Assembly (NCBI GenBank): GCA_005191425.1
Contig: SUPR01000016.1
Coordinates: 1 to 32,000, forward strand
From: Candidatus Helarchaeota ASGARD archaeon Hel_GB_B
GTDB lineage: Archaea > Asgardarchaeota > Lokiarchaeia > Helarchaeales > HEL-GB-B
Direction: 5' to 3'
Length of the DNA: 32,000 nt
Of this stretch, positions 8,820-17,862 are shown one piece after another. Position numbers and translations under genes: made by a program. The notes below the pieces were generated by a model, which made no database searches, was not told the origin of the DNA, and was given only the letters and a program-made list of their open reading frames with translations. Positions within the stretch are counted from its first letter, which is position 1. Each line of letters starts with the position of its first letter.

Positions 8820-10181
8820 CTAGATAAAATAAGATGGACTTATCTTCATTTCCTCAATAAAAAATTCTGGTTCATCAGTGTTTTTATTCTTTCTTACACA
8901 AATCCATTTTAACCAATTTTTATCATCTCTCTTAGGAAAATCTTCCCGATAATGTTCTCTACGGCTTTCTGTTCGTATCAATGATGCTCTTAAAAATAAT
9001 TCTGCACTGAGCAGTATATTTTCGACTTCTTTTATTTTAGCCAAATTGTGATAGTCTGTTGCAAATAAGTTGTTTAAATCATTTCTTTTCATTTCTCTAA
9101 TTTTATCTAATGCATTCTTTAATCTATTTTTGCGTTTGACAATTATTATATCATATGGAAAAATTATTTTTTGTATTTTATTAAGAAGTTCATCAGGTGT
9201 TATTCCCGATTTTTTATTCAACGGCTCAAATAATCTTATTTTTAACGATTCAATTAAATTATAATCTAATTGATAATCTTGGATATTTTTTATATATTTA
9301 GCAACTTCTATCCCTGCTTTAGCCCCACTAACATGACAATGAGCACTTGACATACCATTTAAAGAAGTAACACCAATATCTTGGCAATCTCCTACAGCAA
9401 ACAATCCTGGAATAGAACTTTGATATTTTAAATCTGTGACAATTCCGCCCATCATATTTTGAAAAGTAGGCATCCAAACATTTTTCATTTTTAATGGATC
9501 AATATTCAATTTTCTTAGTTTAGCCAAATGTAAAGGCATCCATCCACCCATTTCATCAATAAATAATCGGAATATATCATCAATTTTTGTACAATCTAAA
9601 TAAATTGGTGGGCCATGACCTTTTTTAACTTCTAATGCCATTGCTTTAACTAAATTTGAAACATCAGCTTTATCTTTAAGATTTGGTTCATATATTTCCA
9701 TAAATGGATAGCCTTCTCTATTTTTGAATTTAGCTCCAGCTTGACATAATGACCCTGTTCCTTCAAACCCCCAGTATGGTGAACCTGTATTAAAAAATAA
9801 GAATTCCATATTACGAAGTGTCGCACCTATTTTGTAGGCTAATTTATAACTTGATCCAGTTGTTGCTTGAGTACATGCATAATTTCCTCTAAAACTATTA
9901 TTTGATTCAGCTAATACTATTGTTTTTAATTTAAATATATAAAATTCACCTGTTATGCGGTTAAATCCAATAGTCCCAGCAATTTTTTCATTGCCTTTTG
10001 TTTTTAAAAGGTCTGTAATAAAGATTTTATTGAATATTTTTACTTTACGTTTTCTTGCTTGATCTAATAAAGCCTTTACAATAGCCTCCCCGCCAACTAA
10101 ATTCTTTCTTTTTAAACGTGGAAATATTAAATATTTTGCAAAAGGTACTCCTCTATTTGGTAATCTAATATATCTTCCCAT
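8820..10181 (-). CDS. FAD-dependent oxidoreductase, SdhA/FrdA/AprA-like family; C-terminal part of a frameshifted gene
   Basis: GGEAIVKALL, TGSSYKLAYKIGATLRNMEF, SSIPGLFAVGD, RTESRREHYREDFPKRDDKNW. It lacks the N-terminal FAD-binding motif, which lies in ORF 10205-10681. Confidence 0.85.
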   Translation of the reverse strand: MGRYIRLPNRGVPFAKYLIFPRLKRKNLVGGEAIVKALLDQARKRKVKIFNKIFITDLLKTKGNEKIAGTIGFNRITGEFYIFKLKTIVLAESNNSFRGNYACTQATTGSSYKLAYKIGATLRNMEFLFFNTGSPYWGFEGTGSLCQAGAKFKNREGYPFMEIYEPNLKDKADVSNLVKAMALEVKKGHGPPIYLDCTKIDDIFRLFIDEMGGWMPLHLAKLRKLNIDPLKMKNVWMPTFQNMMGGIVTDLKYQSSIPGLFAVGDCQDIGVTSLNGMSSAHCHVSGAKAGIEVAKYIKNIQDYQLDYNLIESLKIRLFEPLNKKSGITPDELLNKIQKIIFPYDIIIVKRKNRLKNALDKIREMKRNDLNNLFATDYHNLAKIKEVENILLSAELFLRASLIRTESRREHYREDFPKRDDKNWLKWICVRKNKNTDEPEFFIEEMKISPSYFI

Positions 10182-10204
10182 ATCTTTGGATTTAATAAAA
10201 TCCC

Positions 10205-10681
10205 CTATTTAGGATTAAATAGACCATTAGTACCTTTTGTTTTTTTATTCAATATTATTTTCTTAAAACACTTTAATACTGCCTTAACTATTGCAATTTT
10301 CAATTTACTTATAATTCGAATTATGTACCCTAACGAGATTTTTTGAAATTCGATTCCAAAATCTTCTAAATCTTTTAATCGTTGATAACTCATACTAATT
10401 ATATGGTTAAGAAATTTAGGCTCAATAATTCCCACCATGGTTTTTACAATTTCTTTCAAATATAACTCGTATTTTTCACCTGACTTTCCTAAATCTGAAG
10501 GAAAAATACATAACATTGCACCTGCTGAGAACCTTGATTGAGAACTCTTACCAACAAATCCCTTATCAACTATAATCACATCATTTACTCCATTATCAAC
10601 TGCTTTTATTGCAGTCCATAACCCTGCAAATCCTCCACCTATAATTAAAACATCAGTTTTTATTTCAGTTCCAAGCCTCAT
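10205..10681 (-). CDS. FAD-dependent oxidoreductase, N-terminal part of the same frameshifted gene
   Basis: TDVLIIGGGFAGLWTAIKA (GxGxxG) and VDKGFVGKSS. One extra base at the TTT run 10208-10210 fuses it to the downstream part (…NPKIGDFIKSKDMGRY…, 620 aa). Confidence 0.85.
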   Translation of the reverse strand: MRLGTEIKTDVLIIGGGFAGLWTAIKAVDNGVNDVIIVDKGFVGKSSQSRFSAGAMLCIFPSDLGKSGEKYELYLKEIVKTMVGIIEPKFLNHIISMSYQRLKDLEDFGIEFQKISLGYIIRIISKLKIAIVKAVLKCFKKIILNKKTKGTNGLFNPK

Positions 10682-11331
10682 CTATTTCACAATGATATAT
10701 TATTTTATTTACGAATTATAAATCCTATACGGAACATAGATCCATTTTTTTAATTATACTTTTAATTATTTAATTTATTAACGGTCTAAATAGAATTTGC
10801 TAATTAGCATTTAAATTATTATTAAAATTTGATTTAACTAATTTTGATTCATATAAAATTAAAAATCTGTTTAAAATAATATCCAATATTTAACTAAATA
10901 ATTTTACAATAATATATGTAAAGAAATCAATCATTTAAAATAAAAATTTAGTTTAATTTGAATAAAAATATTGCTATTTTCAAATTAATAATATCAAATT
11001 AGGTAATATAAAATAAAAATAACCTATATTATTAATTAGAAAGATTACAAATCCTTGAAAAATTAATAATGAGAAAAATTAAATTAAATAAAAAAATAAA
11101 TTTAGAAATCTACTAATGTTATGATTTTAATAACTTAGAAGAAAAAAATAAAGAATTGAGCCTAATTTTCGCAAAGTTCAAATACAACATACATGAAACT
11201 ATATATGGAGAAAATTAGAATAAAAAAGTAGTTTAATAAATATTTCAAAAAGTATTCACATTATTTTATTCGAGTTTAAATAAAAATTCAAATTAATTGA
11301 CGATAAAAATTTAATAATTCTTTCAATAGCT

Positions 11332-12768
11332 ATGATTAGTATGCCAATTTATACCATACTTATTCCAGTTGTCTTTTTAATAGTAATAGGATTAATAATG
11401 AGTGGAAAATTCTCTAGAGTAATAGTTGGTTTAAGTGGATCACTAATTATTATTATCATGATGCTTATTGAATCGGTACCTATGGCTACTATAATTGGAT
11501 TTCTTATAGGTACTCCGTCTAACAATTTTGTAAATTTTTTTTCTATTCTATTAATTTTTGGAATGTTAATTATTATAAGTATATGTCATAAATCAGGTGT
11601 ATTTTCAATAATTGCGTTTAAGATCGTCCAAAAGACGGGCGGAAACCGATTTATATTGTTTTCGGTGTTAAATTTATTATCATTTTTATTTTCAGCAATT
11701 CTAAATAACATTTTAACTATTCTTTTATTAATACCACTTACAATAACTATTTGTAAAATTTTAAATATTAATCCAATTCCTTATATTATTTCTGAAGCTC
11801 TAATTGTAAATTTGGGTGGGATTTTATTCCTTATCAGTTCAATTCCTAATATTCTAATAAGTGAAGCAATAGGTTGGACATTTGACCAATTTTTTTATGA
11901 AGTTGGGTTTTTTTCATTTATTTTATTGTTTATTACACTGATTTTTTTATTAGGATGCAATAAAACTAAATTAGAGATTCCTGATAAGAATTTAATAAAA
12001 GTCCTAAAAGAATATGACCCTTGGATTTTCGTTAAAGATAAAAAATCTTTTTATATTACATTTTTGATGTTAATAATCACTATTATTTGTTTTATTATTG
12101 TTCCCATAATAATTCCAATTAATATTGGCTTGATTGCTATTAGTTCTGGAGTAATATTAATTATAATCACAAAACAAGATATAAAATCATTAATTAAAAT
12201 TTTAGATTTTGAATTGATATTATACTTACTAAGTATTTTTCTAATTACAGATGCATTAGAGTTCACAGGCTTATTAAACTATATTTCAAATTTTTTGTAT
12301 TACTTAACGCAGGGTAATCCACTGACTACATCTCTTTTAATTTTATGGGGTTCAGCTTTTTTAAGTAGTTCTATTGACAATGCACCTATAACGAAGATTA
12401 TGATTCCTATTGTTGATGATTTAATAAGTATATCAGGTATACCAGAATCTTTAAGTCATGGTATTTTTGCATCTTTGGTTTATGGAGCAAATATAGGTGA
12501 TAATTTAACACCTATGGGTGATAATATTCTTACATTCCAAATATTAGAAGATTATAATATGAAAATTTCGGTCAAGCAATTTTTTAAAATAGGATTTATT
12601 TCCACGATTGTTCAATTAATTGGAATATCTATTTATATAGTTCTAAAATTTAATTTTTTGTTTTTCATATTTGGAATGATAATTTTGGTAGGTATTAGCC
12701 TATTTTTTCTAATTTATTTCTTTAAAACTGAAATTTTTGGTATAATAAAAAATATTTTTGTAAAATAA
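11332..12768 (+). CDS. ArsB/NhaD/CitMHS (IT superfamily, P-protein-like) membrane permease
   Basis: Highly hydrophobic with internal two-fold motifs SAILNNILT / SSSIDNAPIT, NLGG…PN and GANIGDNLTPMG. The start may be ATG 11341. Confidence 0.82.
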   Translation: MISMPIYTILIPVVFLIVIGLIMSGKFSRVIVGLSGSLIIIIMMLIESVPMATIIGFLIGTPSNNFVNFFSILLIFGMLIIISICHKSGVFSIIAFKIVQKTGGNRFILFSVLNLLSFLFSAILNNILTILLLIPLTITICKILNINPIPYIISEALIVNLGGILFLISSIPNILISEAIGWTFDQFFYEVGFFSFILLFITLIFLLGCNKTKLEIPDKNLIKVLKEYDPWIFVKDKKSFYITFLMLIITIICFIIVPIIIPINIGLIAISSGVILIIITKQDIKSLIKILDFELILYLLSIFLITDALEFTGLLNYISNFLYYLTQGNPLTTSLLILWGSAFLSSSIDNAPITKIMIPIVDDLISISGIPESLSHGIFASLVYGANIGDNLTPMGDNILTFQILEDYNMKISVKQFFKIGFISTIVQLIGISIYIVLKFNFLFFIFGMIILVGISLFFLIYFFKTEIFGIIKNIFVK

Positions 12769-12856
12769 ATTCTTAAAACTTTTTTATTTTGAATTCCGAA
12801 TAAATTCATTATCTAATTAATAATTTAATAAATAAATATGGTGAATAAAATAAAAA

Positions 12857-13771
12857 ATGACTTCTGGAAAATTATTAGAAATTAATGGTATTTTACAAAA
12901 AATGAGGATAAATCCTATAGCTAATAATGGTTATAGCGAATATTTCGAATGTAAATCAGGTGATAATCTATTTTACAGAGTTTGGAAAGCTGAAAATCAG
13001 ACAAGAATCGTAATTGGAATACATGGAATGGCAGCTCATTCTGAATATTATATTCAAGTGGCGGATCAATTAATAGATAAGGGAATTTCTGTTTTTGCCT
13101 TAGATTTAAAGCATCATGGGCATTCTACTGGCAAAATTGGTGACCTTAAAAATTTTCAAGAATTAATTGACCAAGTCCATGAATTTATACTAAAGATAAA
13201 AAATGAAAATAGTGGAATACCAATTTTTCTAATGGGAATAAGTATGGGTGGATGTTTGGCTATTAATTATTCAATTAAGTATCCAGAAGATATTAATGGA
13301 CTAATTTTAATGGCGCCTGCAGTTAAAGTAAATTTAAAATTTTCTTTTTACGATATTTTGAAATTACCAATTTTAGGAATTGTATATTTGGTCAATAAAA
13401 GCAAACCTATTATTAGCATAGAAAAAAGATCTTTAGATTTAGGGACTAGAAATCCTCTTCGTAAAGAGTATGATAAAAATGATGAATATCGAATAAAAAA
13501 AGTTTCTGTAAGATATCTATTACAAATTAATTCATGGGTTAAAAAAGCATTCAAAAACAGAAATAAAATATCACACCCGGTTATTATATTTCAAGGCAGC
13601 GATGATAAATTAGTATCTCCCGAAAGCGTTGAACAATTTTATAAGGACTTGAATATCAATGATAAATCTTTAATAATTTTAAAAGGAGCTTATCATACCC
13701 TATTTTCAGACCCTGCAATGGAGAATGAAAATGGCTGGAAAAAAATGTCTGAATGGATATTAGCACATTAA
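12857..13771 (+). CDS. Alpha/beta hydrolase, monoacylglycerol lipase / lysophospholipase-like
   Basis: IHGMAAHS, DLKHHGHS, nucleophile GISMGG, acid QGSDDKLV, His GAYHTLF; GGTGA upstream. Confidence 0.9.
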   Translation: MTSGKLLEINGILQKMRINPIANNGYSEYFECKSGDNLFYRVWKAENQTRIVIGIHGMAAHSEYYIQVADQLIDKGISVFALDLKHHGHSTGKIGDLKNFQELIDQVHEFILKIKNENSGIPIFLMGISMGGCLAINYSIKYPEDINGLILMAPAVKVNLKFSFYDILKLPILGIVYLVNKSKPIISIEKRSLDLGTRNPLRKEYDKNDEYRIKKVSVRYLLQINSWVKKAFKNRNKISHPVIIFQGSDDKLVSPESVEQFYKDLNINDKSLIILKGAYHTLFSDPAMENENGWKKMSEWILAH

Positions 13772-13791
13772 AGTTTAAATAAATAATTAAA

Positions 13792-14823
13792 ATGGTTAAA
13801 ATGATTAACAAATCTATAAAAGATGGAATAATTTCTATGTTTAAAGTTAATTTTAAGGTAAAACCTAGTGAATCGATTTTAATATTATCAGATTATCCTA
13901 CAGAAGATGATTTGATTAATTTATCAACTAATCAAATTAATGAAATGATACAAAGAATATATTTAGCCAGGGATATTTATGAAGTAGGGATCAATTTAGG
14001 TTATAATATTTTTTTAAAATTATATCCTGCTACTGGTCAATCTGGTAAGGAAATACCCAATGATATAGCTGATCTGATGCTGAAATATGATATTTTTATT
14101 GCCATTACTACTTATTCCCTTACTCATACTACTGCTCGTTTGAATGCGACTGAAAATATGAAGAGAGGTGCAAGTTGTCCCGGGATTCTGCCGCAAATGT
14201 TCGGAAAAGAAGGCCCAATGCAAGTAGATTATAATTTAATTTCTAAATTTACAATAGATTTAGCCGAAAAAGTGAATGAAGCATCTAAAGGCCTAATAAC
14301 TGCTCCAAACGGAACTAATGTTGAATTCCGAATAAATCCTAAAAGTTGTGAATACGATACCGGAATTATTGATAGCCCGGGAGATTTTTCAAATCTTCCT
14401 GCTGGTGAAGCATATCTTGCACCAATGCAAAATTCAACGAATGGAACATTAGTAGTCTCAAAAGGATGGTTTAAGGGACTTAAAAAAGATATGAGTTTTA
14501 AAATTGAAAATGGTTTAGTACAATCAATTGAAGGAGGCGGCGAAATTGGAGAAAAATTTAATAATTTACTTTTCAGTAAAAATATTGATGAATTAATATC
14601 ACTCTCAAGGAGAAATATCGCCGAAATCGGTATAGGTACCAATCCCAATGCCAAAAATCCCTTAAATATTCTTGAAGCAGAAAAAATTAAGGGAACATGT
14701 CACGTAGCTATCGGTGATAATCACACTTTTAGTGGTGGTACAGTTGAATCAGACATTCACATTGATTTTGTAATCCCAAATGCCCGATTATTTCTTGATG
14801 AGGAAGAAATAAAATTAAATTAA
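13792..14823 (+). CDS. Thermophilic metalloprotease / M29-type (leucyl) aminopeptidase
   Basis: NLPAGEAYLAP, IAEIGIGTNP, EAEKIKGTCHVAIGDN, SDIHIDFV. Confidence 0.87.
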   Translation: MVKMINKSIKDGIISMFKVNFKVKPSESILILSDYPTEDDLINLSTNQINEMIQRIYLARDIYEVGINLGYNIFLKLYPATGQSGKEIPNDIADLMLKYDIFIAITTYSLTHTTARLNATENMKRGASCPGILPQMFGKEGPMQVDYNLISKFTIDLAEKVNEASKGLITAPNGTNVEFRINPKSCEYDTGIIDSPGDFSNLPAGEAYLAPMQNSTNGTLVVSKGWFKGLKKDMSFKIENGLVQSIEGGGEIGEKFNNLLFSKNIDELISLSRRNIAEIGIGTNPNAKNPLNILEAEKIKGTCHVAIGDNHTFSGGTVESDIHIDFVIPNARLFLDEEEIKLN

Positions 14824-14825
14824 AA

Positions 14826-15232
14826 TGAGATTTTTCAAAATTCTTTATTCAACATAATTATATAAATATCAATTCTATTTTTTCGCAAATATATTCTTTA
14901 AGATCTTTATGTAAATTTTTAACTATTTCTTTATCTATAATATAATAGCATCTTAGAGAGTTTTAGAGCGTATAGAGATTTTGTTAACATAATATCATTT
15001 TTTATTGATTTATATATAATTATTGAATATATTTATAGGATCATTTCCATTTTTTGATATGAGAATTCTATGGATTAATGAAAAAATACTTAAAGAGATT
15101 TCAATTTGTCCTAGAATTATTAGAAAATCTGTTTGTCTATCGCTTAAAATTACTGATATAATATAATCTAAATCGGAATGCTTTTATTTAAAAACACGCA
15201 TTTTACATGGGCGACAGAATTTATAAAAACTC
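14826..15232 (+). repeat. Degenerate ~400-bp direct repeat, copy 1
   Basis: Collinear with ~16294-16704. 14976-15053 matches 16447-16524 at 65/78. 14901-14944 matches its counterpart at 38/44. taaatcggaatg is shared (15169 / 16645). Boundaries are approximate. Confidence 0.85.
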
Positions 15233-15266
15233 AGAATAAATAAAATATAATAAAAGAGAGAAACAA

Positions 15267-16121
15267 ATGAATAAAAAAGATTCCTATTCAAGAAACAAAA
15301 TATTACAAAAATTCTTAGATATACAGCCTTATTTTGAGTCAGTATTCCAAGAATTAAAATCTGACCATACCCATTTTTCCATGTACTATTGTAATGGGGT
15401 TATGCAATTTGTATCCTATCTCAAGAAATACGGTAAATCAATAGACAAAGGGCTTATTCATGACATATTCAAAGTATTTTTTTCACAATTAAAATATAAA
15501 GAAGAGGGAGTCGCGATCGAAAAAATTATGGGTAAAAAGAGGTTGGATATTTATAGGACAATTGCAGACGAAATAATAGAAGTAAAAACAATAAGCAATA
15601 TTTCTTTTAAAAAGATATATGGCACAGTTAAATCTGTATTTAAAATAATACCAAGAACTGATCGGTTATGGCTATTTTTCTTTATGAAGTTAGAACCTCC
15701 AATTCTAAAAAATAAGGAAAATAAAAAAGATAATGTGAAAGACTTGAAATGCAAATATTTTTTAATATTCCTTGATATATTACTATCAGGTGTAGACGAT
15801 TTGACCGAAATTAATAAGGAATTGGAGAATGGAATAAAAGAGTTGATAGAGAGTGGAGCAGAGGAATTGGATATATCAAAGGAAATAATAATTCCATTAG
15901 AAAATGTAGTGTTTGTGGAGGATCTAAAAAGAGAGTTAGAGGAAAAAAATAGGATAATAGAAGAAATAGAGAAAGAACTAATAAAAGAGAAACTTGAAAA
16001 AAAGAGGATATTAGAAGAAAAAGAGAAAGAGAAACTTGAAAAAATGAAAATAAAAAATAAACTAGAAAAAAAGGAAAAAGAGCTACAAGAACTTAGAAAA
16101 AAATTAAAAAACATAAAATAA
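15267..16121 (+). CDS. Hypothetical protein with putative PD-(D/E)XK motif and K/E-rich coiled-coil tail
   Basis: KKRLDIY-x-DEIIEVKT resembles the D…ExK nuclease core. The C-terminal ~70 aa are heptad-like, with a 19-nt exact repeat at 15984 and 16026. Confidence 0.65.
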   Translation: MNKKDSYSRNKILQKFLDIQPYFESVFQELKSDHTHFSMYYCNGVMQFVSYLKKYGKSIDKGLIHDIFKVFFSQLKYKEEGVAIEKIMGKKRLDIYRTIADEIIEVKTISNISFKKIYGTVKSVFKIIPRTDRLWLFFFMKLEPPILKNKENKKDNVKDLKCKYFLIFLDILLSGVDDLTEINKELENGIKELIESGAEELDISKEIIIPLENVVFVEDLKRELEEKNRIIEEIEKELIKEKLEKKRILEEKEKEKLEKMKIKNKLEKKEKELQELRKKLKNIK

Positions 16122-16293
16122 ACTAAAATATGGAATACAAACAGCAATAGATAATGATCCTTGATTCATTTTATAAAGTTATAACTGAAATATTTATCAA
16201 TAATATAATTAATATTATTTATATCAATCATTTAGAAAAAATCGGAAAAAATATATGATTATAGAAGGAATGATATATAAATTAAGAATTCCG

Positions 16294-16704
16294 TAAGTTT
16301 TTTCGAAATCCTTAGCAAGATAAGGATATATTAATAATAATTTTATTTCGTGAATATATTTTTTGATAAGATTTTTATATAAACTTCTAACTATTTCTTT
16401 TTCCATAATATAGGAGCAGAATCTTAGTGATCTTTATGATATAAATAGATTTTATTAATGCAATATCGTTTTTTATTGATCTGTATTTAGTTATTGAATG
16501 TATTCATATGATTATTTCCATTTTATAATGCGAGAATTCCCGAGATTGATAAAGGAAAAATTTGAAAAGGAGGTGAACCAAACCAAAATTGTTAAGAAGT
16601 ATACTTATCTTTTGTTTGAAATTACATATATTTGCAAAGAATTTTAAATCGGAATGTTTTTATTTGAAAACTTCCACTTTACATTAGCAACGGAATATAT
16701 ATAC
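16294..16704 (+). repeat. Degenerate ~400-bp direct repeat, copy 2
   Basis: See copy 1; the offset is about 1470-1476 nt. The end contains the hairpin GGAA-T-GTTTT…AAAAC-TTCC (16651-16675). Confidence 0.85.
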
Positions 16705-16749
16705 ATTAAAATCTAAAATATATAAAAAATTAATTGGTCATGTAAGTTT

Positions 16750-17862
16750 ATGGAACTTTTTTCTATAAACAATTTAATTAAAAAAGCAGTAGAAAATATA
16801 AATCAAATCAAGGAATCAGGTAGATTAGTAGTAGGAATTCCCCAGCACGGAATTATCCCAGATGAATTATTTCATGCAGGAGGTATATTTCCTCTACATT
16901 TGACTTTAGGAGGGCGGGCCGAGCAAGAAATCGGAGATGAATATTTATCACCCACAACATGTCCATTTGGTAGAGCTACAATTGGCTGTTTTGATGAGAA
17001 AAATGAATTATATAGCAAAATCGATTATTTATTAACCGGCACCTTTTGTAATGGAGTTCAAAATATAGGAAATTATGCAAAATATTTCGATCTCCCAGTA
17101 ATTAAATTTATTACACCACATACCACATCAAATTCAGCTTTTACTTTTTTTCTGGACGAAATTCTCAAATTAAAAGTTGAAATTGAAAAAATTACGGGAA
17201 AAAAGATTAGTAAAAATGAAATTAGCAAATCAATTAAATTATACAACAAAGTCAGAAAATTATTAAGAGAATTAAATTTGTATCGGATAAATATTCCTTC
17301 AAAAATTCAAGGTCTCGAATTATTTTATTTAGTCCATAAGGTCTTTTTATTAGGACCTGAAATAGTAATCCCAGAATTAGAACAAATATTGTCTGATATA
17401 AAAGACCGGGATCCAATTGAAAAAAAAGCCAGAATATTTTTAACTGGTAGTGGAATATGCTTGGAAGATAATTTTTATGAATTAATAGAAAATGAATGTA
17501 ATGGACTTATTGTAGGAGATGATCTTTGGTCTGGGTATGATTTTTATAGGGTTGATATTGAAGAAAATGGCGATCCAATAGAATGTATGGCTAAAAAATA
17601 TTTATTATATAATATGTGCGGTAGAATGATCCCAGATCCACGTATTAATTATATCTTTAATATTTATCGTGAATGTAAAGCTCAAGGAATTATTTATCAT
17701 ATTTTGAAATATTGCGACTCATATTCTGGACTTAAATATGAATTTAAAAAAAGCTTAGACAAAAAGCAAATACCGGTATTAGAATTAGAAAGAGATTTTG
17801 CAGAATCGAATATTGGTCAATTCAAGACCAGAATTGAAGCGTTTCTAGAGATGATACAATGA
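16750..17862 (+). CDS. 2-hydroxyacyl-CoA dehydratase family subunit (HgdB/HadC/FldC/BcrC-like)
   Basis: TTCPFGRATIG, TGTFCNGVQNI, ILKYCDSY (three Cys for the Fe-S cluster) and the C-terminal signature GQFKTRIEAFLEMI. Confidence 0.9.
   Translation: MELFSINNLIKKAVENINQIKESGRLVVGIPQHGIIPDELFHAGGIFPLHLTLGGRAEQEIGDEYLSPTTCPFGRATIGCFDEKNELYSKIDYLLTGTFCNGVQNIGNYAKYFDLPVIKFITPHTTSNSAFTFFLDEILKLKVEIEKITGKKISKNEISKSIKLYNKVRKLLRELNLYRINIPSKIQGLELFYLVHKVFLLGPEIVIPELEQILSDIKDRDPIEKKARIFLTGSGICLEDNFYELIENECNGLIVGDDLWSGYDFYRVDIEENGDPIECMAKKYLLYNMCGRMIPDPRINYIFNIYRECKAQGIIYHILKYCDSYSGLKYEFKKSLDKKQIPVLELERDFAESNIGQFKTRIEAFLEMIQ

Noticed and set aside
8585-10681. Dissimilatory APS reductase (aprAB) or succinate dehydrogenase call
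   Set aside because: The ferredoxin lacks the AprB extension, there are no sat/qmo or sdhBCD genes nearby, and there is no flavinylation His; only a family-level call is supportable.
16224-16406. 60-aa ORF as a real gene
   Set aside because: It lies within the degenerate repeat, and the homologous frame in copy 1 has stops; at most a remnant.
16568-16687. Perfect SD (AGGAGGTGA) followed by a 32-codon TTG ORF
   Set aside because: The 12-nt spacing is long, and neither the SD nor the open frame is conserved in the homologous repeat copy; probably chance.
14826-16704. DGR template/variable repeat pair
   Set aside because: Mismatches involve both A/G and C/T on the same strand rather than adenine-only changes, neither copy is in a gene 3' end, and there is no reverse transcriptase in the window.
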